A stretch of 61,950 nucleotides of DNA, the filler included, from Basidioascus undulatus (Eukaryota), in the NCBI GenBank assembly GCA_000826855.1. It is 5 parts of 5 records of this genome, joined end to end, with 100 filler letters (N's around TTAATTAATTAA, not from the genome) between each part and the next. Parts side by side here need not be neighbours in the genome. Positions count along the whole stretch, not along the records: positions 24,815 to 37,129 come from JTLS01000921.1; 4 more parts are not named here. The stretch is one strand, 5' to 3'. The translations under genes and the position numbers were made by a program. Numbering within the stretch: position 1 is the first letter of the stretch; each line of letters begins with the position of its first letter. Below, piece after piece: positions 24,815-37,229 of this stretch. The notes beneath the pieces were generated by a model. That model was not told the origin of the DNA. It made no database searches and saw nothing but the letters and a program-made list of their open reading frames with translations.

Positions 24815-25782
24815 TCCCCTGCTCTGCCTTCCCTCTCCCCCTCGCCGTCCCCCGCCCCCGACGGCCCGCGCGCCCCGAAATCCCTCTACCTCCTCTCATC
24901 CCTCCACTCATCCCATCCGCTCAACGCCGTCGCCCCCCGCGCGCAGAGCATGGTCGAGCCGCCCGAGGGGCTCGATCTCGACGCGTGGATCGTGCCGCCC
25001 CGGCCGGGGGAGGACGGGGATAGCGAGGATGAGGACGGGGAGGCTGTGAAGGCGAAGGCGAAGGGCGAGAAGAAGAAGAAGAAAAAGGGCAGCAATGCTA
25101 GGAAGGAGGAGGGGCAGGTGGAGGAGACGGAGGAGGAGAAGGCGGAACGGGCGAGGGTACGTTTGGCTCTGTCTTCGGGTCGGCTGGACCAAGAGTTAAT
25201 TGTTTCTATCCGCATCTTCCAGCGACGAGCCGCTCGCCTCGCAGCGCGCGCCAACGACCCGTACTATATCCAGCCCAAGCCGTCCCCCGCAGCAGCACAA
25301 GAAGACATCGACGCGATCCCGGTCGTGCACCTCTCCGACCTCGGCGAGCCGACAGTCTCCTCCGATCCGCACTCCGCTGCCAAGTCGAGCAAGACGACGA
25401 AGAAGAAGAAACTTGCCGCCGCCGCCGCACAACCGTCTCCGCCTCCCCCGCCCGAGCCACTACCGGACATTGACATCGAGGGCGAGCTGCCCAAGCTTGC
25501 GAGCAGCATCGCGGAGGACTTGAAGGGCCTGCAGCTGGGCGCGCAGAGTGGGAGTGGGAATGAGACGCCTGCAAACGGGACGTCGTCGGGAGGCACGCCG
25601 AGGACGGGCACGCCCCCTGTGGCGGAAGCGCAGGACGAGAGGGCTGTGGAGACGGGCACGATCGCGAAGGTGAAGAAGGCTAAGGTGAGTGACGCGCGTG
25701 CGTTGGGGGGTCCAAAGTGGATGTGTTGCTGACGATTGCGAATGGCGGGTTGCAGAAACCGAAAAAGAAACGGGAAGCGTGA
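24815..25782 (+). CDS. APL5: AP-3 adaptor complex delta subunit, C-terminal part (5' truncated by contig start)
   Basis: LNAVAPRAQSMVEPPEGLDLDAWIVP, RRAARL..NDPYYI and DIDAIPVVHL are characteristic AP-3 delta hinge motifs. Confidence 0.85.
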
Positions 25783-27040
25783 GGTCGTTTGGTTGTGGGC
25801 TCAGTTGGATGCACACACTTGACTTGCCGTAGGCTCGTCTGCGTCTCTCGCTTGCTGATGCGGCTTTCCGGAGAGAATTTTGCAGTCGCGCAGCGCCGCA
25901 CAGCATTCGATCGCTTGAGCTTCTTCGAGTATCCCCAGTTTAGCTCGGCAAGCTTTTCGCACCGCATGGTGTTCACTTGCCCTTGCCTCGTTTCAATCTG
26001 TAGATCGACGGTCACAAGCCCTGACTGTGACAACTGCTGATATGCCAAAAAATCGAGGGCTAGTCTTTAGCTGACCATTGAATCGTCGCGCGCTCCCACT
26101 CCGAAGCCCCGCAGTCAGGTCCCTTCCACACGTCGCTTGCTCTCTTCAGCCCTTACATCACTCCATCGCTGCAATTTCGTCGACCATTATTTTTGTTCTT
26201 ACACTCATATACGAACGCGCATCTAGGCGGCTATGTCACTTGCGTCAGGGGAGCTTAGGGTCATGGCGAGCAACATTCGACCTGCACTGAGCGCGTCCGC
26301 CGCAGATCCTGACAGCCCCGCCTCTACCTGACCCCCCTTCTTAATGTCCGGATATATCGGATGAGAGAGCAACAGCCGCTGGCCTCTCTATTCAAACAAT
26401 CACCAAAAAGCCGGAGGCTAGGATTGTCTGAGCGTATCGATCGTTGGAACGCTTCCACACTCGGGCTTGAGCTCACCAACCAAACGGCACTTGCAGTCTG
26501 GGATCGCAGATATTTAATTCCATGAATGTCTCTTGAGCTATTCCTGAAACGTGTGGTTGCAAAAAGGACTCGAATCGCTGCGATGCACGCGGTGCAGTGG
26601 CGTGGTCACGCGACAGCGTTTTTGGTCCCTCTCGCGCCTTCCTTCTTGACCACCACCTTCGCTACCGAACCCAACAGGAATTTTACTGCAAAAGAACTCT
26701 ATCCACCTGATGGCGGGGCGGGAGCCGACTGCAAATTACGGGCTAGCCGCTACAGATGACAGAGTTTTGAGGTGTACAATCGACTTTGCCGAGTACAACG
26801 CTTCATCACTTAAGTCAGAAGTACCGCACGACCATAAAAAACTTGTTCGGAGTACAAACCCTGGCTACTGTTTAAACGGTGACAGCGAACTCGTTGCATG
26901 TCGCGATGCTGACTCGCTGCCACGGCTCAAGACTAGACTCTACACCACACACTTTGTGAACATCGATCTTACTAGACATGAAATACAAATGAATCCAAGG
27001 ATCTCCACCACTGGCTGGTATACAGAAAAGTTCAAAGCTT

Positions 27041-30000
27041 TCAGAGAGTGTACCTGTTAGTCATAGCCCACCGATGACAAAGTAGGCCGGCCGAGCATGA
27101 GCGGCGTGGAGCACACGAGTGTAGAGCCATGAAACAACTGACCTGAAGTGTGGGTTCTGCATATCCTGTTTAAGTGAACATTGGGCCAGGCGGTGAGTGG
27201 TCCTGCACGCTGTGGATATTGAAGAACTTGAGCATCGCACCGTGACATCCTCTTCGCCCAACTTTTGCCCAATGCGTTCCGCTTCCTCGGGGGAGATGCC
27301 AGACGCGAGAACAGCTTTGTCGCGGCGGTTGTTTTGCAGCATATACCAACCGCGCCACACTGCTCGCCTCTGTTAGTTTCTTGGATTACCGGACTGCTGG
27401 CTATGAAAAAAGCCTTGAACATACGGAAAATGACTAATGTTTCCAGGCCGTACTACCGGTAAACAGGAGGAGTTTCAGCCGCCGCTGTCGCGCACACTCA
27501 AGAAGAGGGAATGGGTGCCTACGCAGGTGGCCACTGATTGATAGGGGCGGTCAGCCATGCTTTCGAGATGGTAGTGAAGACGAGATTGAAGGGGCTTACT
27601 TGCAATGATTGCGGGTAGGTAGTAAGGAGCGTCTTTGGCCCGGAAAACTGAATAAGGCTGTTTTGTAAGGGGTGCTACAGCTCATTTACGGCGTATTTCG
27701 ACGCACCTTGAGAGCCCGCCATGTTTCCAACGCAATAAGCGACAAACGTGACCGATGAGATAATGGTCTTCTTTGTACGTCCGGCAACATTGCTGGATAT
27801 CAGAGTCCACGCCATGAAGAGGCCGACGATCTGAGCACAGCAAGCGACGTCAGCGTGATCCACCGCAACCCACTGATCAAACTGGTTTCTGAAGCTGGCT
27901 TACGTTGGGCACAGTCATGAGGTAAGCCCCCCACTTTGTCCACCTATACTCCTCGCTTGTGGGCATCAACCCAAGTACGAGCATCTGGGAGGATAGATCA
28001 GAACACGGAGCAGGACGACCGACAGCTGCAGTTTGAACTTACACCAATGAAAGACACGAATACTGAAAAGGCCATAAAGTACATCCGCAGATTTGGCCAG
28101 CGGGACGTGCACAGGCCCACGACTACGAACCACAAGATGGAGACGACTGAGCGGGGGATATCGTAGAGGATGACCTCTGCAAGAAGGTATGTCAGTAGAG
28201 GCCAAACGCTGGTTTATACCCATGTTTTCTTTACCCAGATTCGTAAATCCAAAGCTCTGATATCTGCATGCATGAAAGATGGTCAACATTGCGTAAATTT
28301 GGCCTGTGCGCATGCGGCAACGGACATGATGGTGCCGAAAGACGTCTGTTTGCCGTGCATGCGCCAACCAGTGGTCAGAGTCTAGGAGATGCTATGTTAG
28401 GCAATGAACGCACAATGCCTCCATTCTGACAAAATGCAAGGATTACAGTTGTGGTGAGCTTGTCGCAGTCAAGCTCGCTGTTTTTCATGCCCCATGGACT
28501 CACCGGCAGGGATGATCTGATAGGCAATTTGCTAAGCGGACATATAGATTTGATTTGGAAGTGAAGTAACAAGCTTACAAGAACGCGTTGGCGAAAGCAA
28601 ACCAAGTCTGAGTATTCCAAACACATCAGTAATCCTATGGGAGGACACAGAAGCTGAATTTACCTGCGGATCCTTAATAGCGTCCTTAACTTGCTCCCAC
28701 TTCCATTCCAAGCCGGTGGTATCGTGTCCGACCTGGGCATGTATTGTTAGCGTTCAATATAGCAGGAATGGGTTGAATGTGTGGTGTACCTTGTTCGAGA
28801 CAATTCGAGCGTTGGCCATTCGCTTCTGCTCTGCGGTCATCCAGGGGACTTCCTTGGGCTGTAAGAGCATTGTAAGATTTTCAACCCCTCAGGCTGGCAG
28901 AAACATGACTTACCGTGCCGAGGATGAAGAAGCAAGTTATGCCGCAGATGACTGTCATAACGCCCAGGAACTGGAAGCTCGGTCATCAGCCTGTTGTACC
29001 ACCCAGAAGATCGAGGTAGACTTGCCAAAGAGATACTGTAAGGTTTTGAAAAATCGGTCAGGTCCCAGTACTCTCTACAGTGCTGTCGGCACTTACGTGC
29101 GCCATGGAGCGATGACACTCCCGTATTTCTCAGCGTGGGACTGCCAGAGAACCACGAATTCAACCTGGGCACAAATATGGGACCAGGAGACTTAGACTTA
29201 CCCCGATTCCATACATAATGAGTTGAGCGATGACGCCGAAGCCGGCTTTGTACAACAACGGAGCTCAGCATGGATTATGCGTGGACCGCGACGAAATAAA
29301 TTCACCGTTGGCACTCTGCCATATGAGACTACGGCTGGCGTGCTCGCGACGTTTATACCATGAAGACACAATAAGGATGAACCCGGGACTGTTTTCAGGA
29401 GCTGTCAGCCTCTACCCCTACTGCAGCTCGAAGCGCCCGTTCGCACGAGATGCAGCACTCGGCCATGCCTTGAAGAAAGCGTAGCACCCTGGCAAAAATG
29501 GCGTTCAAGTAAGTGACCTGTTTGCAAAAGGTTTCGTAGGCATTACTCACATGAGGTGCGTCCAGTTCTGAGCGGCAGCGATGCAGCTTCAATGACAGTA
29601 GTCATCAGTATTACACCGGCGAGATCCTGCAATTCACACCTACCCGACAATGCTGCCCGGGCGAGAATTCTCGTGTTAGACATTCGAAGCAGTTTCTACG
29701 TTATTGAGAGCTCACATTCCCCAGATTGTCATGTAGATACTCAACGTCCGGCCCAAGCGCCACCGTTGCAGAATGAAGTTCGACCTGTTTTTATCACGGT
29801 AAGCAGCAAATCTTGGGCTCTGCACGAGCGTTACCACGTACGGAAACTCTGCCAACATTTCGAAGGTGAAAACCCAAGATCGAATCTTTATGATCCACTG
29901 ATAATACAAGCTTACCGAAGCACATGTACGCCAGGTAGAAGACTGGCAAGACCACCAGTAAATATTCCGTCGCTAAGAGCAAAAGGACGGACGCAGCGCA

Positions 30001-30464
30001 CCCGTCGTAAGCCAGGAGTACTGCTGTCCAACGAGACGTGTGTCTTCACGCAGGCCGAAAAGAGCCTGCGTAGACAGAGCTGTCTTGTCTACCTGCTGTA
30101 TGCCATCTGCATGCATCCCACAACGTCAGCGGTACCTCCCTTCATCGGAGATGAGGTAGACCTACAGCAGATCCACATGACTGGATGTCAACTCGGATTA
30201 GCACGCTCCCTGATTTTAGTGTGTTTGGGATATGTGAAACGTACGGGGAAGCAGCCACCCGTCAATCTTGCGAAGCAACAGCTTGTACTCCTCCTCGGTG
30301 TAGTCCTCTTCGCGCAGGACATCATCGTCAATAGCGAACACCCTCACGTGGTCCTCTGCCTCATTTCCCCCATCCTTGCTCGAGAAGCTGGCGGACTTCT
30401 CGATCTCGAATAGCTGAGGCGGAGTCCGGTCGCTGGATAGCACGGGTGGTGTTGGGAGGGACAT
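27041..30464 (-). CDS. MFS anion:cation symporter, allantoate permease (DAL5/THI73/TNA1) family
   Basis: LLRKIDGWLLP, VDKTALS, QQYSWL, VFYLAY, LRFLQGMAEC, WYKRREHASR, LPNGGITSFG, SNVAGRTKKT, YCVGNMAG, KDAPYY and terminal DMQNPHFRYTL; many short GT-AG introns; exons checked were in frame. Confidence 0.9.
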
Positions 30465-30546
30465 TATTGCGATATGGCGGATGCGAATGATTGTGGGGAG
30501 AGCTGCGTAGGGTTTCTGACTGAGGCCTGTCCCTTAAGCCCGACTC

Positions 30547-31028
30547 GTTATCAACAGAGTATGGTTTCCAGATTGAAGATAAGGTGGTTTTTACGGCAAG
30601 TCTTGGTATCTTCGGCGGTGAAGTCTTCACCTGCAGCGGCAACGGCGCCAGGCCGACAGCGGGCAAAGCAGGAGATAAGGCCATGGGACACCTACCTCGG
30701 AACCTTGCAAAGCCGAACTCGGACTAAGGAAGAGGATGAACCATGAATCCGTACATAGGCGTTTGGGATGATAGCGGTTGCACGCGGATAAGTGGCGATA
30801 ACGGAAATCGAGCGCTCTGAAAGCCCTGTACGATCACATCGCTCGCTGGCTTGGCAGTGGCGGCAGCGGTCTTCTCGGCATCCGCTGGGAAATTCAGTCG
30901 TTGACTCCTACAAGCTAGTTGCAGAGGAAAATCCATTAAACGCTTATACGAGTTCCTGCAGCAATCGGATACCTGATTCGCTGGAAAGCGCACCTCCGAG
31001 CAAGAGTGGATCACTGGATCACGATAAG
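30547..31028. promoter_or_regulatory. Cluster of GATA-factor sites upstream of the permease
   Basis: GATAAG at 30578, 30674, 30787 and 31023; GATAAC at 30797; GTTATC at 30547. Confidence 0.6.
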
Positions 31029-31212
31029 GGATCCAACGGTTTGCCGAAGCACCTTCCAATTCGGCCTCCAACATTCACCATTCCGTTAAAACGACGTATA
31101 AACCTTTTTCTCGATAGGACAGAGGCTTTCGGTGAGGATAATACGAGGCATGATGCACTCTTCGAGCCGAGTCTGAAATTGTCTGTGATGCATGCATGCT
31201 CCCTCCGACAGA

Positions 31213-34200
31213 TCAACTGAAACCGGTAGGGAACGAAGGGTTGAACACGGGGAGGATGTGCGCCTATAAATGCCCCAGATAGCAGTATATCAGCTGAAGC
31301 AGTGCTGGGGCCGGTGATCATCGAGGCTCACCTCGGTGTTGAAGACCACCTCTATCGCCGCACACCATCAACGCGTCAGTCCCGTTCCGCACCGCTCCGG
31401 AGAAAGAGGAAGCCTGAATAGACGTACTGTCCAGCGGCGCAACGGAGCTGTCCTCGAACAGCAGAAACAGGTACTTAAGCGTCTCGCTCTTTCCTCCCCA
31501 TCCCTAATCAGCGTCCTCCTTCCCTCCAACTCCCTCTCGCACCCCGCACGCACGCGCAACGCACCAAGAAGAACGTCTCGAGCCTGTCCTCCAGATCCAC
31601 GGGCACCTTGTCAACGTCGACGATGCTCGCATACCCGCCACCTGCGACCTTTGCGTGCGTTTCAAACGCCTCGAAGATCCGCCACCCCCACGCGCGGTAT
31701 TTCTTGTCCCCCGTCAGGCGGAAGGCGAGGAAGAGGGACTCGACTGTCTCGGGCCTGTGGGGGGAGAGTTGGAGTGAGGATGAGGATGTGGCGAGGAGGA
31801 AGATGAGCTGGGACGGGAGGCAAACCGGAGGATGTTCCGCGCGTCGATGAGGGAGACGCCCTCGCTAAGTGGGAGAACGCGTCAGAGCGAGATGGAGGGT
31901 AAGTGGGGGAAGGAGCACGCACTGCGACTGCTTGATGTACCAGTCCTCCACCTCAGCGAGCGGGTCAGTCGGCTTATGAAAGTGGACGATCTCCGCTGCG
32001 CGCGCCCCACAACGTCCACCGATCAGTCCGGCGCTCCCACAACCCCTTCGGAGCAAACGCACCCGCCAATCCCGTCTTGCTCTTATCGTACGTGTCCATC
32101 TGCGCCCACCCCGCCGGTATGAACTCTCCGCATCCAAGGGGGAAGGGGGGAAAGGGGGAGGAGAAGACACGTGACGCACGCAAGTCCGCACGAGCTCCGT
32201 GCCCGCCCACCAGTCCTCCTTCTGTGCCTGCGAGAACGCGTCCGCGTCCGGCGGGACCAGCCCGCGCCCCTCGGTCACGCCGAGGAGGAAGGAGCCGGCT
32301 ATGAAGCAGACCTGTTCGCGCGCGCATATCTCAAAAATCAGCACACACCATATAACACATTGCAGCAATGGTAGAACAACGCACCAGGTGGTCCTGCTTC
32401 AGGTAGTACTCATACCCCCTGCCGTTCGAATGCAGAGGTGGTGTGAGCGGGTGAGAGTAGAGGAAAGGGGAGAAATGGGGCCACCCACCCAGCCCGCGCG
32501 CGCGGCTTGAGCTCGTGCGTGAACACGAGCTTCTCGGGGCCTTTCGTGACCTTCATCAAGTTGCGCTTGATCCCGTGCATCGCCTCGTCGTACATCTCGC
32601 GATAGACGGGCTCGGTGCGGTTCTGCTCGGAAAAAAAAACTCCCGGGATGAGCTGCGTGAATGCGTTGGGAGGAAGCGGAGGGGGGACGCGCGGTTTGGA
32701 GGTATTGCTTGAGGAGGTACTGGGTGGTGGAGTCTGAGTGAGGTGCGAGGGGAGAGAGGGGGTGGGAGGAAGAAGACGGACCTCGTAGTATGAGTCGCCT
32801 CGCGAGCCGAGGCGGATCTCGGACATGAAGAATTGGCCGTTCTCGGGACTGGAGAGCAAGGTGGAAACGTGGGTCAAGGCGCATGAGGGAGGAAGGAAAG
32901 GGCGCTCCACGCACGAGATGAAGATTGGCACGAGCCCGTCGCGCTTGCGTGCTTGCCGGATAACCTCCATGACCTTTGCACACCTCCCGCATCTCGTTCA
33001 GCCTCATAGACGCAACACATCTTTCCTTAAAGACTCTTGGAGAAAACGTACCTTCTCCGCCTTCCTCCAATACACCCCCTCCTCCATCAGCTCCGCCAAG
33101 TACCTAAACTCGAGCTGCAAGCTCGCCGCCTCCGCCGTGCTGGCCATCCCGTGGTTATCGCGGTCTGGCACGCCCTGCGCGCGCGCGAGGTTGACGAGCG
33201 AGAGCGGGATGCCGGACGGCGTGGAGAAGGTGGGGAGGAGGCGCTCGGCGAGGTCGGACGCGAGGCGGAGGAAGAGCGGGTCCGGGGCCGTCGGGCCGCC
33301 GGGGGAGAACGGGGACGTGGAGAGGTAGTGCGAGGAGAGGAGGCCGCCGAGGATCCTGTGTCCGGAACGGGAGAAGTGAGAGGAGGGAAGAGGGAGAGGA
33401 GGAAGGGGGCGGACCGGATGGTGGTCTTGTGCGAGGGGGGAGGGGTTAGTTGGGGTAGGGGGGAGGTGGGAAGGACTGACCTCGAAAGTGTTGAACTCGT
33501 CGTCGACGTCAAAGCTCAGCGACTTGTCCATCCATTCCCGCGCTCGCTCAAACTCGTCCGTGAGTCCCATGAGCTGGATCGTATCCCTGCCAGCGCGCAT
33601 AGGGCAAGTCAGCTCGAGGCGTTGAGACTTTGAGGGAATGGGGGAGTGGAAAGACGCACAAGGAGTCGGCGATGGTGTACCCGATGCCGTGCCCCTTCTT
33701 TGAGAGGTTCGAGCCTCGCCGGGAGATGGGGTGGTAGTCGTCGTACCCCCAGGCGTCGCGCTCTGCTCGACTAACAGTCAGGCGGTGTAGGGCCGAATTG
33801 GAGTAAGAGGTGACGGTGAACCATAAGCGTGCCATGCATGCTACATTCCAATGTGCCCTTGAGTGCTACTGCCAACATCCGAGTGCCAGCCGATCGAAAC
33901 GCACCTTGAAAGCCTCCCTCACTGCGTCCCGTTTCTTCACGTCCGGCCCCAAATTCACATCCTCCTTCCTCGGCAAATCAAAAGTCAAGAAGTCACCCAG
34001 CTTCCCCGCCTCCGGTACAGGCTGTGCTGGCCTCGGAGGCGCGGGTGGAGATGGTCGCAAGAGGGAGTACTGCGCGGAGAAAACACGGTCAGCGAGTCCT
34101 CTGATGTGGCAGGGATAGCTTCGCGGCACACATAGTAGGGCGCTTGGGAGAGGAGTAACAGCCCTGAGAGAGAGAAGAGAGCGACTTTGATTATCTTGCG

Positions 34201-34372
34201 GGCGCAGGTTGAGTGCGGTGCTGGCGCGGAGGAGGGCGAGGTCGTCTGCAAGGAGAGGTCAGACTCGCCTTTCCTCCGCTCTGGACAGAGATCAGCTCAC
34301 CTGCTCGGCCACTTCTGCCAACTTTTCGGTTGTAGAGGCGTCCTCCGCCTTCGCAGTGCGTTTCCGGACCAT
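31213..34372 (-). CDS. MNS1: GH47 mannosyl-oligosaccharide alpha-1,2-mannosidase, type II membrane protein
   Basis: N-terminal TM; HAWHAYERDAWGYDDYHP, NTFETTIRILGGLLS, STAEAASLQLEFRYL, LGSRGDSYYEYLLKQ, QDHLVCF, RNILRPETVESLF, VFNTEAHILP. Confidence 0.93.
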
Positions 34373-34533
34373 CGCTGGGGTCCGTTGCTCGGCGTTGTCA
34401 ATATGGTCGTGTGCAAGGGGCACTGAGATTGCAGCGTCACGGCGGCATTGACTGCGGGGCAATCTCTCGTGGGAGTTGCTGAGCAGGGAAGCAGAGATAC
34501 TGTATTTGGGAGAAATAGCACAGCCACGCTCCG

Positions 34534-34566
34534 ACGCGCGTTCTGATGGCCAAATCAGCAACGCGT
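34534..34566. promoter_or_regulatory. MCB-like elements in the MNS1/RAD51 divergent promoter
   Basis: ACGCGCGT at 34534-34541 and ACGCGT at 34561-34566, 165-200 nt upstream of the RAD51 ATG; chance occurrence is possible at this GC content. Confidence 0.4.
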
Positions 34567-34730
34567 CCGCGCCACGACCCAGCGCTGCGATCGCGCTTGT
34601 TCTCTTTCTCCTCCCATCACCGCCACAGTTCCCTGCTCTCCCTTCTCCATCGACCCCTGCTTGACATTCTTTGCATCGAGGACTACACCAGACATCAAAA
34701 TATACCCTCGAAGAGTAGCGCAGACCCAAG

Positions 34731-36313
34731 ATGTCGCAGTACTCGACCCAGCAGCACCAGCAGGAGGACGAGGAGGAGAACATGCTCGCCGCGCCCCTCC
34801 TCGTACAGAAGCTTCAGGTGCGCAGACTGCCCTCTTGGCTCTCTGGGGTCATATCGGGTCTCATCATGATGGGCCTCCAGGAATCGGGCATCTCCGCGTC
34901 GGACTGCAAGAAGCTCACCGACGCCGGCTTCCACACCGTCGAGTCCATCGCCTTCACCCCCAAGAAGCACCTCGTAACCATCAAGGGCATCTCCGAGGCC
35001 AAGGCGGACAAGATCCTGCTCGAAGGTGCGCTTTCCTCCTTCCTGCTGGGATTCTTCAACTGCAGCGGGGCCTGATACGTCGGGCGGGGGGCGGTGGCGT
35101 GTTGCAGCCGCCAAGTTCGTCCCCATGGGGTTCACGACCGCGACGGAGATCCACTCGAGGCGGAGCGAGCTGGTGATGATCACGACGGGGAGTAAGAATT
35201 TGGACACGGTGCTGGGCGGTGAGTCCCTCGTCTTCTTCCACCGGTCGGCCCACGCTGAACCCCTGTCTCGGCGCCAGGCGGCATCGAGACGGGCGCGATC
35301 ACCGAGCTATTCGGCGAGTTCCGCACGGGCAAATCCCAGATCTGCCATACGCTCGCCGTAACATGCCAAGTGCGTTTTCCCTCCCTCCTCCCTCCTCACC
35401 TTGAATCCCTGACCCCGCTGAACCTCCCCCGCAGCTCCCGACGTCGATGAACGGCGGCGAAGGCAAGTGCCTGTACATCGACACGGAGGGGACGTTCCGC
35501 CCCGTGCGTCTGCTGGCCGTCGCGGAGCGCTTTGGCCTCAACGGCGAGGAGGTGCTCGACAACGTTGCGTACGCGCGCGCGTACAACGCCGACCACCAGC
35601 AGCAGCTGCTCGTGCATGCTAGCGCTATGATGGCTGAATCTAGGTGCGCTGCGTCTTCTTTCGCTTAGGTCGTGTTCCTAACACCTCTGGAAGCGGCGGG
35701 CAGGTTCTCCCTCCTCATCGTCGACTCTTGCAGTGCGTCCCGGGCCCCACTCCTTCACGCCGCCCAGAGCTTTTCCACTGACGCCTCATGCGATCCCCAG
35801 CCGCCCTCTACCGCACCGACTTCTCCGGCCGCGGCGAGCTCTCCGCGCGGCAAATGCACCTCGCCAAGTTCCTCCGGAACCTCATGCGGTTAGCAGACGA
35901 GGTCCGCCTTCCCTCTCCCCCCTGTCCCGCTTCTTCCGCTTACAATTCTTCATGCCTCCGGTGTGCGGCTGCAGTACGGCATCGCAGTAGTGATCACCAA
36001 CCAAGTCGTCTCGCAAGTAGACGGTCAAGCGGGTCCGTACAACCCAGATCCGAAGAAGCCCATCGGGGGGAATATCATTGCGCACGCATCCACCACCCGG
36101 TACTCCCTCTTTCCTTGCCTCCCCTCCCCCTCCTTCTCATCCGCCACGGAGCTGACACCCCCCCGCGGCATCGGAAGGCTCTACCTCCGCAAAGGCCGCG
36201 CCACGACGCGCATAGCAAAGATCTACGACTCGCCGTGCCTGCCCGAGAGCGAGGCGCAGTTCGCCATCGGCGCGGACGGGATTGGGGTCCCCGCGGACGA
36301 GGACGAGTCGTAG
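34731..36313 (+). CDS. RAD51: Recombinase Rad51
   Basis: HhH domain [12 protein letters not shown]; Walker [81 protein letters not shown]. Confidence 0.97.
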
Positions 36314-37103
36314 TTAGTCCCTCGCTTGGCCCTTCGCGCTTTGGACATTCTTCTTCTTCTTTGTTCGCTTTTTCCCGCTCGCTACTTCGTACTTCCGTCT
36401 TGCCGTTCTTCAAGACCCGATCTTGTACTTTTATGCATACAGGCTCTCGCTATTGTTCTGTGGTATCGAGTGTCAACTTCAGACTAGAGCATTGAAAGCT
36501 TGTGAACTGCTGCAGCGTTCACGAAGCCTGCAGGATGAAGTCAAAAGGTTGGGCGTATTGCGGCACGACAGTTTCATGGTTCCTATATAGTACACAGAGC
36601 TGTAGATTTTCGCTATTTACGAAAGTCATAATGCAACCCGGCACATGTCGCACTTCGACGATACGGCTTCCCCGTCGGCACCCATGGACAAACCCCTGCC
36701 ACCACGCGTAAGGGAATCTAGTCTTACCACTTCAATGTGCTTTCTCCTGTTTCCGACGCATTCTGAAGGCTTAGACGAGCCTACCCGTACTGATCGTTGT
36801 GAAAGTGGCTTCGCGGTTTGTGCGGGTCGACGCTACGCCGCCCCTGCAGGCAGGGAAAACACTCTCAGAAGCACGCTGTGGCTCCAAATGCTGGCTGCAT
36901 GTTATGCTTCTCTGAAAGAGGGAGTACGAACCATAACACTGCTCTCGAATAAAGGCCATGGCCCTCCCACCGTTTCTAATCTTCATTCCAGCGTTCTCAG
37001 CGTTTTCTCCTACTCAACTATCCACTCCTTCACTAACACACTCTTTCCTACACGCATTCCTTTCGAACACCACACTCTCTTTAGGCACCAAAAACCACCC
37101 AAA

Positions 37104-37129
37104 ATGAAGTTCACCTTCACCACCGTCGC
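37104..37129 (+). CDS. Probable start of a secreted protein, cut by the contig end
   Basis: AAAATG context after a CT/CA-rich leader; MKFTFTTV resembles a fungal signal-peptide start. Confidence 0.35.
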
Positions 37130-37229
37130 NNNNNNNNNNNNNNNNNNNNNNNNNNNNNNNNNNNNNNNNNNNNTTAATTAATTAANNNNNNNNNNNNNNN
37201 NNNNNNNNNNNNNNNNNNNNNNNNNNNNN
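37130..37229. other. Artificial contig linker
   Basis: 44 N + TTAATTAATTAA + 44 N. Confidence 0.99.

Noticed and set aside
29556..30413. 285-aa plus-strand ORF antisense to the permease
   Set aside because: Non-ATG start, no domain, and it overlaps a well-supported minus-strand gene; likely chance.
34731..36313. DMC1 instead of RAD51
   Set aside because: [19 protein letters not shown] and GGNIIAHAS are Rad51-type residues.
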